Part shown: positions 1 through 9,724 of the stretch, piece after piece
Layout of the letters: each line of letters opens with the position of its first letter
Numbering within the stretch: the first letter of the stretch is position 1
Assembly: GCA_041917255.1 (NCBI GenBank)
Contig: JAYRYA010000015.1
Span: 3,909-67,908 of the forward strand
Length of the DNA: 64,000 nucleotides
From: Zoogloea sp.
GTDB taxonomy: Bacteria > Pseudomonadota > Gammaproteobacteria > Burkholderiales > Rhodocyclaceae
Reading direction: 5' to 3'
The notes under the pieces: model-generated
Told to the model about the DNA's origin: nothing
What the model saw: only the letters and a program-made list of their open reading frames with translations
Database searches by the model: none
Program-made: the position numbers and the translations under genes

Positions 1-109
1 GCCCATAGCCACGCCGTCCGGCCAATGCCGAATAGGTGCGCTTCCAGTAACGCAAGGTCTGTTCATTCACTTTCAAAACAGTCCGGACTTGGTGTGGGGA
101 TAGCTTCAT
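1..109 (-). CDS. 5' part of a MerR-like HTH DNA-binding protein (runs off window)
   Basis: ATG at 109 reads MKLSPHQVRTVLKVNEQTLRYWKRTYSALAGRRGYG; the VxxxTLRYW pattern is typical of MerR-type HTH. Confidence 0.6.
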   Translation of the reverse strand, partial: MKLSPHQVRTVLKVNEQTLRYWKRTYSALAGRRGYG

Positions 110-155
110 GGTCAGATTAAACTGTTGTTGACAACAGTTTAATCTGACCATGAAG
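104..155. repeat. Perfect 25-bp inverted repeat, 2-nt spacer
   Basis: CTTCATGGTCAGATTAAACTGTTGT-TG-ACAACAGTTTAATCTGACCATGAAG. Confidence 0.95.
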
Positions 156-391
156 GAAGTACAAGGCATAAGGCACCGAATTTGATGGACTTTTCACCTT
201 GTAGGCGTCTGGCTCAAGGTCACACTTGGCAACACGAGGCTCGCCGCTTACTAGGTTTGCCGTTGCGGGAATCCGGAGGGCCAATCACACCTTCCTGACA
301 TTTCAAGGACAGGGATGTAATGGCTGCGTCACCCCTTTGTCAGCCGCCGGATCGCACACTGATTCTGTGGACTCACAAAGGAGGTGACACC

Positions 392-742
392 ATGAAACGC
401 AGTCTAGGTACGACACTCGCCGGTGTGGCGCTGATCCTTACGTTAGGCGCCTGCTCATCGACTCCCCCCGTGGCGGAGATGCCCGAGTTCATCTCCAGTG
501 CGTCGACGGCATCGGACCATCAGCGCATTGCGGACTACTTCGCGAAAAAAGCAGCTGGTTATGAGGCCGAAGCCAAGCAACACGAAAAAATGGTAACCGC
601 GTACTCGGGGCGTCCGAAAGGCGATGTCGGGATGTGGGCGTCCCACTGCGGCGCTTTGAAAGCGAAGCTCAAGGAAGCGGCCCAGGAGGCCCGAGCACTG
701 GAAAAGGGGCATCGCGACCTGGCGGAGAGCCTTGGCAAATAA
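392..742 (+). CDS. Small helical lipoprotein with His/Cys/Met residues, probably metal-related
   Basis: RBS GGAGGTG before ATG 392; lipobox LGAC; DHxxxAxxF...H...HC pattern. Confidence 0.75.
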   Translation: MKRSLGTTLAGVALILTLGACSSTPPVAEMPEFISSASTASDHQRIADYFAKKAAGYEAEAKQHEKMVTAYSGRPKGDVGMWASHCGALKAKLKEAAQEARALEKGHRDLAESLGK

Positions 743-797
743 GTCATCGCCGAGCCGGCGTGAGTCTCGTGCGGTTCGGCTCAAACAGGGGGACATC

Positions 798-1088
798 ATG
801 CAAGAAGCGAACGAAGACCTGAGAGCGCGTCTTCAAGCCAATCTCGACGTAGCGGCTGGACTCTGCCGCCTGGGCTTCACCTACGGCGAGCAGGTGACGA
901 CATTGACCACCGAGACGATGCACAAGTGGGTGCATCAGTCTGACCACGACCCCAAAGTGCTGTTGCAGGGAGACGTTGCGGGTTTCACCGCGGCAAGCGG
1001 CCGGATTGCGGTGGACCACTGGTCGGCACTGCTTTCGTGCACGCTGGAATTTCAGAAGGCGCTCCTGGCGGCACTTCCTAAGCGCTAG
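798..1088 (+). CDS. Phasin-like small protein
   Basis: ANLDVAAGL...EQVTTLTTET helical pattern resembling phasin N-termini; GGGGGA RBS-like. Confidence 0.5.
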   Translation: MQEANEDLRARLQANLDVAAGLCRLGFTYGEQVTTLTTETMHKWVHQSDHDPKVLLQGDVAGFTAASGRIAVDHWSALLSCTLEFQKALLAALPKR

Positions 1089-1110
1089 CAGCATAGCGGT
1101 CAGGAGAAAT

Positions 1111-1127
1111 CTGACAGGAATGTAATC
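1111..1127 (+). promoter_or_regulatory. CopR/CusR-type box
   Basis: CTGACAGGAATGTAATC resembles the Pseudomonas cop box; related GGACAGGGATGTAAT at 307-321. Confidence 0.55.
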
Positions 1128-1229
1128 ACCGGGTCATGTCTCTGACGGTTCCAGAAGCACAAACTGGCCTTGTCGGACCCGCCCGCCGGCATCTCGAATC
1201 TTCTGGATACCCTTTTTGGAGAAGCTGTC

Positions 1230-1481
1230 ATGAAACTCAATTCTTTTCTCTCGACCGCACTGATTGCCACCGTTGCGGCTCTGTCTTTTGGCGCTCAGGC
1301 TGCGGATGCCGACAAGGTACCCGCCGAGCAAACCGAAAAGACCACGCCGAAGAAGGTGAAGCCCCACTCCCACATGACGGAAAAGACCGGTATCCCGGCG
1401 TCGGCGCCTGAGGCTACGGCGGAAAAGGCGGCACCGGCCAAGGACGCAAAGCGTCACAGCCACCAGCGGGACGCAAAGTAG
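1230..1481 (+). CDS. Small secreted protein with PHSH/RHSH motifs
   Basis: Signal peptide ending AQA-A; KPHSHMTEK and RHSHQRDAK; GGAG RBS. Confidence 0.75.
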   Translation: MKLNSFLSTALIATVAALSFGAQAADADKVPAEQTEKTTPKKVKPHSHMTEKTGIPASAPEATAEKAAPAKDAKRHSHQRDAK

Positions 1482-1494
1482 ACGCAGTCATTCA

Positions 1495-1522
1495 GAGGCC
1501 CCGTGAAGGGGCCTCGGTGTTT
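1495..1522 (+). terminator. Rho-independent terminator
   Basis: GAGGCCCC-GTGAA-GGGGCCTC followed by GGTGTTTT. Confidence 0.55.
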
Positions 1523-1527
1523 TGAAC

Positions 1528-1776
1528 ATGAAAACCCCAACCCACGATGAACACGGGAGCCGTTGTTCTTGCCGCATCCTGGCTGAGACCGTCGGCTGCA
1601 AGCCCGAGGCCATTGCCTTTTCCTTTTGCCAGGCGGTGTTGATGAAGCGCTGGATCGTGGAGTGCAACCACGGCTGTATGGACAAGGCGCCCGCTTCAAA
1701 GCTCAGTAGCAAATGGCACGAGACCGGACCGATCGATCCGGTGAAGGCCATCCTGATCATGAACGAACAGGAGTAA
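1528..1776 (+). CDS. Hypothetical Cys-containing protein
   Basis: ORF ending 6 bp before the flgB-like gene; no family recognised. Confidence 0.45.
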   Translation: MKTPTHDEHGSRCSCRILAETVGCKPEAIAFSFCQAVLMKRWIVECNHGCMDKAPASKLSSKWHETGPIDPVKAILIMNEQE

Positions 1777-1782
1777 GTTGCC

Positions 1783-2451
1783 ATGCCACCCGTCACCGGA
1801 ATTGGAAGTCCTGGGCCAGTTCAGCCAACCTCGGACGCTGGACACAGTGGCCACACCATTTCGGGGAGTGGCACTTCTTCTTTTGCCACCGCTCTTTCAC
1901 AGGTCATGGGCAGAACGACCAGCACGGCCCTGTCGGGGACGCCCAGTCCCGCATCCAGTACGGGTGGCGCACAGAGTTCGGCACAACGCGATGCATGGCC
2001 CTCGCTGGGAGATGGCTTCCAACCCCGTCACATTCCATTGGTGGGATCGGGGCACCCGAGCCATGATTTTCAGCAACTCGCCTTGGGGTTGAGGGCCTAT
2101 CGTCAGCAAATCATCGCGTCAAATATCGCCAACGCCGATACCCCCGGTTACAAGGCCGTCGACATCGATTTCCAGGAAGCACTACGTAACGCCCAGGCGG
2201 CGGCGAATGTGCCTCCTGTATCCCTGACCACGACCTCGGGGGGGCACTTGTCAGGACAAAGCACCGGCACCCAGCCTCCCATCCCACTGAAATACCATGT
2301 CCCCAGCCAAGGCAGTATCGATGGGAACACGGTCGAAATGGATGTCGAGCGGGCCAAGTTCGCGGAGAACACGGTGATGCACCAGTTTGCAATGGACCGG
2401 GTGAGTGGGCACTTCAAACACGAAATCGAAATGCTCCAGAGCCTGAAGTGA
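1783..2451 (+). CDS. flgB: Flagellar basal-body rod protein FlgB homologue with low-complexity N-terminal extension (orphan)
   Basis: ALGLRAYRQQIIASNIANADTPGYKAVDIDF and SIDGNTVEMDVERAKFAEN motifs. Confidence 0.85.
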   Translation: MPPVTGIGSPGPVQPTSDAGHSGHTISGSGTSSFATALSQVMGRTTSTALSGTPSPASSTGGAQSSAQRDAWPSLGDGFQPRHIPLVGSGHPSHDFQQLALGLRAYRQQIIASNIANADTPGYKAVDIDFQEALRNAQAAANVPPVSLTTTSGGHLSGQSTGTQPPIPLKYHVPSQGSIDGNTVEMDVERAKFAENTVMHQFAMDRVSGHFKHEIEMLQSLK

Positions 2452-2460
2452 AAAGCTGAC

Positions 2461-3756
2461 ATGAGCCGCCCGTTGCCAGAAACCCCTGGCCAGTTGCACG
2501 GGATGCTGACCATCAGGCTTGGGTTGGCTGCGACCGTGGTTGCGCTGATTGCCGGTGGTGTTGCTTATTTCGTTGAAACCTACCGGGCGGAACAGGCTGC
2601 ACTGGAGCAGGCCACCCGCAGCGCCCGCCATTTCGCCACGCCTGCGATGCAGATGATTGTTAGCGCCGGCCGGCCTGACGGTCATGACGAACTGGAGCGC
2701 TTGCTGGACAAAAGTCGTTTTGTCGGGCTGCAGGTCTTTGATGGTGATGGCGATCAGGTTTACGAGAACTGGGGGAGTAGCGCCGTTTCGCTGATAGACG
2801 TGCTCCGTGCCCAAGCCTTGAAGCGTCCCGAGCGACATCAGATCCACCGCACCTGGATCGAAGTGGGTTCCGAGCATCTGATCCACGTCGTTGTCCCGAT
2901 CTCCGGTAGCGATGGCCGTCTTGTTGGGTATGTGAGGACCGTCAGCCGGCTCGATGCGGAAACTGTCCAAGCTCAGCGGGATCAGGTTCGCACGGGGGCG
3001 CTTACCGCTGTCGGCGCCGTGGTGGCGACAGCGTTTGTCCTGTATCCCCTGATGCTGGCCATGCTGCGACGCTCAACGGACTTGTCTCGTTCCTTGCTGG
3101 ACTCCAACCTGTCGCTAATCCGCTCCCTGGGAAACGCCGTGGCCAAGAAGGATTCCGGTACCGATGCCCACAACTATCGGGTCACGCTCTACGCGATCGG
3201 TTTGGCTGAAGCACTGGGGGTATCGGCGGAGGACATCTCGCACCTGGTTGCCGGTGCCTTTCTGCACGACGTGGGCAAGATCGGGATTCCCGACAGTATC
3301 CTCCTGAAGGGGGGCTCCCTGACGCCCGCCGAACTCCAGGTCATGCAGACGCATCCGGTCCTCGGTACTGAGATCGTCACCGGAAACCCCTGGTTGCAGG
3401 AGGCTGCCGTGATCATCCGGCACCACCACGAACGTCTGGACGGAAAGGGTTACCCCGATGGTTTGCGTGGTGAGGAAATTCCCCTGATCGCCCGGATCTT
3501 CGCCGTCGTGGACGTGTTCGATGCGCTCACTTCCGAGCGCTCCTACAAGTCGCCGATGGGGCTCGACGAGGCCATGCAGATCATCCTGCACGAATCCGGA
3601 AGTCACTTTGATCCGCACATCGCGACCGCTTTCATGGATATCGCCCCTGCGTTGTACGTCACGATCACGCAGGCAGAGACGAACGAATTACGACAACGTC
3701 TGCATGAGGCGCTGTTGCGCTACTTCAAGCTGGGAGTCTTGCCGCCGGTTGTGTAG
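2461..3756 (+). CDS. Membrane-anchored HD-GYP c-di-GMP phosphodiesterase
   Basis: Two TM helices around a periplasmic region; LHDVGKIG, HHHERLDGKGYPDGL. Confidence 0.9.
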   Translation: MSRPLPETPGQLHGMLTIRLGLAATVVALIAGGVAYFVETYRAEQAALEQATRSARHFATPAMQMIVSAGRPDGHDELERLLDKSRFVGLQVFDGDGDQVYENWGSSAVSLIDVLRAQALKRPERHQIHRTWIEVGSEHLIHVVVPISGSDGRLVGYVRTVSRLDAETVQAQRDQVRTGALTAVGAVVATAFVLYPLMLAMLRRSTDLSRSLLDSNLSLIRSLGNAVAKKDSGTDAHNYRVTLYAIGLAEALGVSAEDISHLVAGAFLHDVGKIGIPDSILLKGGSLTPAELQVMQTHPVLGTEIVTGNPWLQEAAVIIRHHHERLDGKGYPDGLRGEEIPLIARIFAVVDVFDALTSERSYKSPMGLDEAMQIILHESGSHFDPHIATAFMDIAPALYVTITQAETNELRQRLHEALLRYFKLGVLPPVV

Positions 3757-3853
3757 TTCACGCCAGGCGCAGGACGTGTTCGGTAGGTGCGAGTCCCGTC
3801 GAGCCTTCGGTTGGTGATACCCTGATCGATTACCTGTTTTGCCTTCCATCTTC

Positions 3854-5119
3854 ATGCCTGAAACCACCCGTCTCTTGATTGATCGCTGGAAGCAAGACCC
3901 GAATGGAACGTACCAGTCCTGGTTCTTGTGGCCCGAACGACTGAAGAACTTCCGCTCGATCCGACGTGGAATCGGCCAGGTCATCAAGGAGATCGACGAA
4001 GGCTCGTTCGGCAACGTCTATCGAGGATCATCCCTCCAAACGGTCGTGGCCTCGATTGCCGAGCAGCGTCAGATCTTCAAGGGGGCCGATCATGCGTTCC
4101 TGTGGAAGCCCAAACTGCGGATTCCGGACATCTACGAAGACCGGGACAATCAACGCGCCTTTGGACGGCTGCTGCATGCGTGCGACTGCTGCACCAAGGA
4201 GGCCGACGTGCTCCAGGCGATCCGCACGCTCGAAGCCAAGGGCATCAAGGGCCTGGGGCCAGCCGCGGCCAACCTGCTTTACTTCATTCACCCCACGATC
4301 GTCGTCCCCTTTAATACCGCCATCGTCAAAGGCTACAACGCGCTGACCGGCGCTGCCGTCAAGCTTGGGCGTTGGGATCATTACCTTGCGATGCGGCAGG
4401 GACTCATCGAGTTCAATCAGCGCCACCGGGATCTTCTGTCCAATGATCTGGGCGCGGTTGCCGGGCTCATGTTCGATCTGGGCATGGAGCGCTATCCCTT
4501 GCCGCCCGCCGAGGGAGATGCCAAGGCAACCGATGCCTGGGCCAAGGATCTGGCCGCAGTCCGGGAGGAAACCGCCGCCTTTGCCAAGCAACTCGACAAG
4601 AATCGGGTTTCCGACGAGGGGCATACCGAAGTGCAAGGGTGGCTGAGAGACCTGGGGCTGGCCCTGGGGTTCTCGGTGTGGATTGCCAGCAACGATCAGA
4701 GTCGGCCCTATAACGGAGGGCGTCTCGCCGATGGGTGCCTCACGGTCTTGCCTCTGGCCTTGCAAAATGAAGGAGCTGACGCGGTGCGGCTCATCGATGT
4801 GATCTGGCTGGAACGAGAATCCGGTGGAGTGGTGGCGGCATTCGAGGTCGAACATACGACCTCGATCTACTCCGGCATCGTTCGGCTGCTGGATCTGGCT
4901 TTGTCCGGTGGCGCGGCCCAGCGCCATCATCTATTTCTCGTCGCTCCGGATGAACGAGAGGCCGATGTCCGGCAGCAGGTGCTGAGGCCGGCCTTCTCAC
5001 AGGTTAGGGAGCTCAACATCCGCTATCTGCCGTATGGGGAGCTACGCCAGCACCGGGAAGCCATCGCCCGTTTCGGGACTGGTATCAAGCCTGTGGAGGC
5101 GATCGCCCGGGTGTTCTGA
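3854..5119 (+). CDS. Restriction-endonuclease-like PD-(D/E)XK nuclease, copy 1
   Basis: C-terminal IDVIW...AAFEVEHTT; HhH-like IKGLGPAAANLLYF; paralog at 17247-18524. Confidence 0.7.
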   Translation: MPETTRLLIDRWKQDPNGTYQSWFLWPERLKNFRSIRRGIGQVIKEIDEGSFGNVYRGSSLQTVVASIAEQRQIFKGADHAFLWKPKLRIPDIYEDRDNQRAFGRLLHACDCCTKEADVLQAIRTLEAKGIKGLGPAAANLLYFIHPTIVVPFNTAIVKGYNALTGAAVKLGRWDHYLAMRQGLIEFNQRHRDLLSNDLGAVAGLMFDLGMERYPLPPAEGDAKATDAWAKDLAAVREETAAFAKQLDKNRVSDEGHTEVQGWLRDLGLALGFSVWIASNDQSRPYNGGRLADGCLTVLPLALQNEGADAVRLIDVIWLERESGGVVAAFEVEHTTSIYSGIVRLLDLALSGGAAQRHHLFLVAPDEREADVRQQVLRPAFSQVRELNIRYLPYGELRQHREAIARFGTGIKPVEAIARVF

Positions 5120-5232
5120 ATTCGCGTCGAAATGCGCACGTGTTCGTAATCAACAACGAATCTCGTGAGCCCCCAAGCCGCTTCAGGGTGGATTGAGGGC
5201 TCCCCTGTAACTCTCATGTACTTACGGGACTA

Positions 5233-5520
5233 CTAGCTACCGTCACCATGTCGTAGTAGCGAGTCAAGCCGCATGACCTCATCGCCATGCATGATGATCT
5301 TCCGGCCATCCTTGGCTTCCATGACGGTTTCTTTCTTCATGCGAGTCGCCCGGCCGTACTTGTCTTCCATGGCCATTTTTCCGTCCTTGAAGATATAGAC
5401 CGTCGAGCCATCCTTCAGCTCGATGACCTCTCTTGCCGCGGCACGCGCCTCATCAGAAGCGAATGCACCCGTTGTACCTATGACGCTCAGCGCGGCCACG
5501 ACCAACATTTTCTTTAGCAT
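5233..5520 (-). CDS. copK: Periplasmic copper-binding protein CopK
   Basis: Signal peptide; LKDGSTVYIFKDGKMAMEDKYGR...MEAKDGRKIIMHGDEV. Confidence 0.9.
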   Translation of the reverse strand: MLKKMLVVAALSVIGTTGAFASDEARAAAREVIELKDGSTVYIFKDGKMAMEDKYGRATRMKKETVMEAKDGRKIIMHGDEVMRLDSLLRHGDGS

Positions 5521-5578
5521 TTCTCTCTCCTTTAGGTTGTGTGCAGGTGATCCTGCACTTCTATGATGGACGTTGGCT

Positions 5579-5616
5579 CCTTACGGGAGCCAAACCGTCC
5601 GATGACAATTTTGTCA
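5579..5616 (-). promoter_or_regulatory. Conserved CusR/CopR-like promoter module upstream of copK
   Basis: CCTTACG-N4-CCAAAC-N7-TGACAATT-TT-GTCA; same spacing at 9530 and 17120; TGACAAxxTTGTCA is CusR-box-like. Confidence 0.7.
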
Positions 5617-5754
5617 GCGGCTTGTTATGTTGTCGGGCCGCTTTGTTGCTGGATGAAACGTAGTTGTTGGCAGTCCCGACGAGTGTCAGGGCTTGAGTAA
5701 CAGGCGCGAATGTGGTCGCGTCGGATCCACAAGCGAGTTTCGTTGGGGCTACTT

Positions 5755-5792
5755 GGGGGCGCCTCAGAACTCGGAAAATAAGGCACGCTAAG
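5755..5792 (+). repeat. Tn21-family 38-bp inverted repeat (merR side)
   Basis: GGGGGCGCCTCAGAACTCGGAAAATAAGGCACGCTAAG. Confidence 0.9.
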
Positions 5793-5822
5793 GCGTAGCT
5801 GCCGAGCTACGTCACGGCGCCA

Positions 5823-6242
5823 CTACGACGTTCTTTTCTTTCCTTGTAGAGACGCAATCAGCGGACAGGAAACGTTCCCTTTCCGTGCATGGCAGGCGCA
5901 CACCAGTTCAGACAGCACGGCCTCCATGCGCGCCAGGTTAGCCATTTTCTCGCGCACGTCCTTTAGCTTGTGCTCGGCCAGACTGCTGGCTTCCTCGCAA
6001 TGGGCACCATCTTCCAGCCGCAGCAGCTCGGCGATCTCCTCTAGGCTGAAGCCCAACCGCTGAGCTGATTTCACGAACCGCACCCGCGTTACATCCGCCT
6101 CACCATAGCGGCGGATGCTGCCATAGGGCTTGGCCGGCTCCGGCAACAAACCCTTGCGCTGATAGAAGCGGATGGTCTCCACGTTGACCCCGGCCGCCTT
6201 GGCAAAAACGCCAATAGTCAGCTTCTCCAAATTATTTCCCAT
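5823..6242 (-). CDS. merR: Hg(II)-responsive regulator MerR
   Basis: [26 protein letters not shown]; Cys ligands HCEE, CAC, SCPLI. Confidence 0.97.
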   Translation of the reverse strand: MGNNLEKLTIGVFAKAAGVNVETIRFYQRKGLLPEPAKPYGSIRRYGEADVTRVRFVKSAQRLGFSLEEIAELLRLEDGAHCEEASSLAEHKLKDVREKMANLARMEAVLSELVCACHARKGNVSCPLIASLQGKKRTS

Positions 6243-6247
6243 ATCGC

Positions 6248-6278
6248 TTGACTCCGTACATAACTACGGAAGTAAGGT
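6248..6278 (+). promoter_or_regulatory. mer operator/promoter
   Basis: TTGACT-19 bp-TAAGGT with TCCGTAC-ATAA-CTACGGA dyad. Confidence 0.9.
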
Positions 6279-6313
6279 TACTCGATCACATTTGAATTCA
6301 AAAGGACAGGCGC

Positions 6314-6664
6314 ATGTCTGAACCTCAAAACGGGCGCGGTGCGCTCTTCGCTGGAGGGCTGGCCGCCAGCCTCGCCTCTAGCTGCTGCCTCGGACCGCTG
6401 GTTCTGGTCGCCTTGGGATTCAGCGGGGCATGGATCGGTAGCCTGACAGTGCTGGAGCCGTATCGCCCGGTCTTCATCAGCGCAGCTTTGGTGGCGCTGT
6501 TCTTCGCTTGGCGGCGCATCTACCGGCAGGCAGCCGCCTGCAAACCAGGTGAGGTTTGCGCGATCCCCCAAGTACAGACTACTTACAAGCTCTTTTTCTG
6601 GATCGTGGCTGCACTGGTTCTTGTCGCGCTCGGATTTCCTTACGTCATGCCATTTTTCTATTAA
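6314..6664 (+). CDS. merT: Mercuric transport protein MerT
   Basis: MSEPQNGRGALFAGGLA..SCCLGPLVL; CKPGEVC. Confidence 0.96.
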   Translation: MSEPQNGRGALFAGGLAASLASSCCLGPLVLVALGFSGAWIGSLTVLEPYRPVFISAALVALFFAWRRIYRQAAACKPGEVCAIPQVQTTYKLFFWIVAALVLVALGFPYVMPFFY

Positions 6665-6679
6665 TTACAGAAGTTCTTC

Positions 6680-6955
6680 ATGAAAAAAAAGCTCGCCTCC
6701 CTGGCCCTCGCCTCCGCCGTTACCCCCGTGTGGGCCGCCACCCAGACCGTTACGCTGTCCGTACCGGGCATGACCTGCTCCGCCTGCCCCATCACCGTCA
6801 AGAAAGCGATTTCCAAGATCGAAGGTGTCAGCAAGGTTGACGTGACCTTCAAGACACGCGAAGCGGTTGTCACGTTCGATGATGCCAAGACCAGCGTGCA
6901 AAAGCTGACCAAGGCAACCGGAGACACGGGCTATCCGTCCAGCGTCAAGCAGTGA
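6680..6955 (+). CDS. merP: Periplasmic Hg-binding protein MerP
   Basis: VWAATQTVTLSVPGMTCSACPITVKKA. Confidence 0.96.
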   Translation: MKKKLASLALASAVTPVWAATQTVTLSVPGMTCSACPITVKKAISKIEGVSKVDVTFKTREAVVTFDDAKTSVQKLTKATGDTGYPSSVKQ

Positions 6956-6982
6956 GCCGATGAACTCGAACCTGGGACAGTC

Positions 6983-7234
6983 ATGGGACTGATCACACGC
7001 ATTGCCGACAAAGCTGGCGCGCTTGGCTGCGTTGTTTCGGCGGAGGGGGCGCACCACCTGTTTTGTAGCCCTCACCAGCTTGGGTGCGGCCATCGGGCTG
7101 GACTTTCTACAAGAATGCGAAGGGTTGTTCATCTCCAAGTTGCTGCCGCTGTTCGCAGTCGTGGCTTTGCTGGCGAATTCACTGGGCTGGCTGAGTCATC
7201 GGCGATAGCACCGCAGCCTCCCCAGTGTGGATAA
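6983..7234 (+). pseudogene. merC: merC, frameshifted and truncated
   Basis: MGLITRIADKAGALG.VVSA in one frame; CF.AL.SLGAAIGL.FL...EGLFISKLLPLFA in another; stop at 7206-7208; C-terminal half missing. Confidence 0.85.
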
Positions 7235-7258
7235 CAGTCGAGGCCGTAGCTAACATGA

Positions 7259-8962
<1,704 letters not shown>

Positions 8963-8979
8963 GAAAAAGTAGGCGTTCG

Positions 8980-9062
8980 ATGAACGCCTATACGGTGTCT
9001 CGACTGGCCCTTGATGTCGGGGTGAGCATGCATAACGTGCGCGACTATCTGCTGCGCGGATT
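8980..9062 (+). pseudogene. merD: merD 5' fragment cut by the IR
   Basis: [28 protein letters not shown] runs directly into the IR. Confidence 0.85.
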
Positions 9063-9097
9063 AGCGTGCTTTACTTTCCGTTTTCTGAGACGACCCC
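9060..9097 (-). repeat. Tn21-family 38-bp inverted repeat (distal)
   Basis: Reverse complement GGGGTCGTCTCAGAAAACGGAAAGTAAAGCACGCTAAT. Confidence 0.92.
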
Positions 9098-9471
9098 TAC
9101 TTGCCCTTGGTCGCTTCGTAGAGGCCGTGTCCGCCCACACCCTCTTCGTGGTTGTCCTTACCCCGGTCCAAGGTCTTTTCGGCTTCGCGCTTTTTGGCCT
9201 GGCTTTCCTTTGTCGCCGGCGGCATCTTCTTGGCTTCATGGAGTGCGTGACCGCCAACCCCCTCCATGTGGTTGTCCTTCTCCCGATCCCAGTTCTTCTG
9301 CAGATCGCGTTCCTTCTTCACATCGGCAGCCGTGGGTTTGCCTTGCTTTTGCAGTTCGTTGAGGGTGTGTCCGCCAACGCCTTCAACGTGATTGTCCTTG
9401 TCGTTGATATCTGCATGGGCAGCGCCGGCAGCGAGCAGCAGCGCGGCAAATATGGTGGAAATGAGTTTCAT
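9097..9471 (-). CDS. Secreted protein with three KDNHxEGVGGH repeats, copy 1
   Basis: Signal peptide AHA-D; AAGGAG RBS; paralog at 16687-17061. Confidence 0.85.
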   Translation of the reverse strand: MKLISTIFAALLLAAGAAHADINDKDNHVEGVGGHTLNELQKQGKPTAADVKKERDLQKNWDREKDNHMEGVGGHALHEAKKMPPATKESQAKKREAEKTLDRGKDNHEEGVGGHGLYEATKGK

Positions 9472-9529
9472 GATTTTCTCCTTTGGTTCGGTCATGAGTG
9501 AGCCTGCAGTTGAAGCATGCGCTACCGAC

Positions 9530-9567
9530 CCTTACGAGACCCGAACATGGGGGTGACAATTGCGTCA
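9530..9567 (-). promoter_or_regulatory. Conserved CusR/CopR-like promoter module
   Basis: CCTTACG-AGAC-CCGAAC-N7-TGACAATT-GC-GTCA. Confidence 0.65.
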
Positions 9568-9664
9568 CCTGCATGTCAGGAACAGGAGCCTCGTCCAGAC
9601 TTCCAGAGGATGGTCGCTCCCACCACCGTCCCGATCACAAAGTGAAAAAAGGGCTCCAACGCCG

Positions 9665-9695
9665 TTGACCTTCCCATGATGGCAAGGTCTAGCCT
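9665..9695 (+). promoter_or_regulatory. CueR-dependent promoter
   Basis: TTGACC-19 bp-TAGCCT containing ACCTTCC-N7-GCAAGGT. Confidence 0.88.
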
Positions 9696-9724
9696 GCTCC
9701 TGTCACCTCAACAGGAGTTGCATC

